DNA of 1,133 nucleotides from Escherichia coli (GTDB lineage Bacteria; Pseudomonadota; Gammaproteobacteria; Enterobacterales; Enterobacteriaceae): NCBI RefSeq assembly GCF_003334355.1, contig NZ_QOWP01000096.1; one strand, 5' to 3'. Shown piece by piece: positions 1 to 1,133 of this stretch (position 1 is its first letter; each line of letters starts with the position of its first letter). The notes under the pieces were generated by a model. It saw only the letters and a program-made list of their open reading frames with translations, ran no database searches and was not told where the DNA came from. The position numbers and the translations under genes were made by a program.

Positions 1-1133
1 AAAAACTGGATCGACAAAGAAGAATATCCGCAATCCGCAGCCATCGACCTGCGTTGCGTAAATATGGTTGCCGATCTGTGGCATGCGCCTGCGCCGAAAA
101 ATGGTCAGGCCGTTGGCACCAACACCATTGGTTCTTCCGAGGCCTGTATGCTCGGCGGGATGGCGATGAAATGGCGTTGGCGCAAGCGTATGGAAGCTGC
201 AGGCAAACCAACGGATAAACCAAACCTAGTGTGCGGTCCGGTACAAATCTGCTGGCATAAATTCGCCCGCTACTGGGATGTGGAGCTGCGTGAGATCCCT
301 ATGCGCCCCGGTCAGTTGTTTATGGACCCGAAACGCATGATTGAAGCCTGTGACGAAAACACCATCGGCGTGGTGCCGACTTTCGGCGTGACCTACACCG
401 GTAACTATGAGTTCCCACAACCGCTGCACGATGCGCTGGATAAATTCCAGGCCGACACCGGTATCGACATCGACATGCACATCGACGCTGCCAGCGGTGG
501 CTTCCTGGCACCGTTCGTCGCCCCGGATATCGTCTGGGACTTCCGCCTGCCGCGTGTGAAATCGATCAGTGCTTCAGGCCATAAATTCGGTCTGGCTCCG
601 CTGGGCTGCGGCTGGGTTATCTGGCGTGACGAAGAAGCGCTGCCGCAGGAACTGGTGTTCAACGTTGACTACCTGGGTGGTCAAATTGGTACTTTTGCCA
701 TCAACTTCTCCCGCCCGGCGGGTCAGGTAATTGCACAGTACTATGAATTCCTGCGCCTCGGTCGTGAAGGCTATACCAAAGTACAGAACGCCTCTTACCA
801 GGTTGCCGCTTATCTGGCGGATGAAATCGCCAAACTGGGGCCGTATGAGTTCATCTGTACGGGTCGCCCGGACGAAGGCATCCCGGCGGTTTGCTTCAAA
901 CTGAAAGATGGTGAAGATCCGGGATACACCCTGTACGACCTCTCTGAACGTCTGCGTCTGCGCGGCTGGCAGGTTCCGGCCTTCACTCTCGGCGGTGAAG
1001 CCACCGACATCGTGGTGATGCGCATTATGTGTCGTCGCGGCTTCGAAATGGACTTTGCTGAACTGTTGCTGGAAGACTACAAAGCCTCCCTGAAATATCT
1101 CAGCGATCACCCGAAACTGCAGGGTATTGCCCA
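1..1133 (+). CDS. gadA/gadB: Glutamate decarboxylase (PLP-dependent, Gad family), internal fragment truncated at both ends; about residues 82-458 of a ~466-aa protein
   Basis: Seen in sequence: frame 1 (codons at 1-3, 4-6, ...) is open across all 377 complete codons. The translation contains the PLP-attachment motif S-G-H-K-F (lysine codon AAA at 583-585), the GSSEAC phosphate-binding segment (130-147) and the long C-terminal segment ...[37 protein letters not shown]. From memory, the translation is identical or nearly identical to E. coli GadB/GadA over the whole window. The last 2 nt (1132-1133, 'ca') are the start of a Gln codon; about 8 more codons and the stop lie beyond the window. Paralog assignment (gadA vs gadB) is not possible here because the residues that differ between them are N-terminal, upstream of the window. 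Confidence 0.95.
574..588 (+). other. PLP cofactor attachment site: S-G-H-K-F motif, Schiff-base lysine (Lys276 in GadB numbering) at codon 583-585
   Basis: Seen in sequence: tca ggc cat aaa ttc at 574-588 in the coding frame encodes SGHKF. Established knowledge: in group II PLP-dependent decarboxylases, including E. coli GadB, the lysine of this motif forms the internal aldimine with PLP. The residue number is derived by aligning window codon 1 (K-N-W-I-D-K-E-E-Y) to GadB residue 82. Confidence 0.85.

Noticed and set aside
463-486. Short tandem-like repetition atcgac-atcgac-atgcac-atcgac
   Set aside because: It is coding-driven: it encodes I-D-I-D-M-H-I-D in the GAD frame, including the conserved Asp243 region. 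It is too short and imperfect to be a structural repeat or a mobile-element terminus.
226-662. Three overlapping minus-strand ORFs of 63-85 aa (226-480, 320-511, 405-662)
   Set aside because: They are short, mutually overlapping and antisense to the GAD coding frame. The 226-480 ORF appears to begin with a non-ATG start (reverse complement of 478-480 is GTG), and its stop is simply the reverse complement of the sense Leu codon CTA at 226-228. The Cys/Arg-rich translation of 320-511 is typical of an out-of-frame reading of GC-rich coding DNA.
949-963. cgtctg-cgtctg-cgc direct repeat
   Set aside because: It encodes R-L-R-L-R in frame ([10 protein letters not shown]), so the codon-level repetition follows from the amino-acid sequence and is not a regulatory or recombination site.
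810-1025. 71-aa minus-strand ORF with an Arg-rich stretch ([10 protein letters not shown])
   Set aside because: It lies inside the sense GAD CDS and is nested within the larger antisense shadow ORF region. No independent signal supports it.
574-1110. 178-aa ORF on the minus strand ([37 protein letters not shown]...)
   Set aside because: It is fully antisense to a frame that encodes a recognisable, highly conserved enzyme. Its translation is low-complexity and unfamiliar (runs of Q/F/V/H), with no motif I recognise. Long antisense open frames are a common artefact opposite GC3-rich, stop-depleted genes.
1-1133. Possibility of a novel defence or accessory system in this window
   Set aside because: The window is wholly occupied by a single housekeeping/stress-response enzyme gene. 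There is no accessory-island hallmark: no compositional shift that I can see, no integrase or transposase fragment, no repeat-spacer architecture, no tRNA.

Overview
The whole 1133-nt window is the interior of a single + strand coding sequence, frame 1, open from nt 1 to nt 1133 with no stop codon. Its translation ([62 protein letters not shown]...[41 protein letters not shown]...[17 protein letters not shown]) matches, from memory, the PLP-dependent glutamate decarboxylase of Escherichia coli/Shigella (GadA/GadB, the acid-resistance system 2 enzyme). The window covers about residues 82 to 458 of the ~466-aa protein; both the start and the stop codon lie outside it. The PLP-binding lysine (SGHKF), the Ser-Ser phosphate-binding pair and the Asp that contacts the pyridine nitrogen are all intact. 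I see no RNA gene, mobile element, CRISPR array, intergenic regulatory region or novel system. The supplied ORF track lists only minus-strand ORFs, all of which are antisense shadow ORFs inside this gene; the real gene is absent from the track because it has no start or stop within the window. The gadA and gadB paralogs cannot be told apart from this window.
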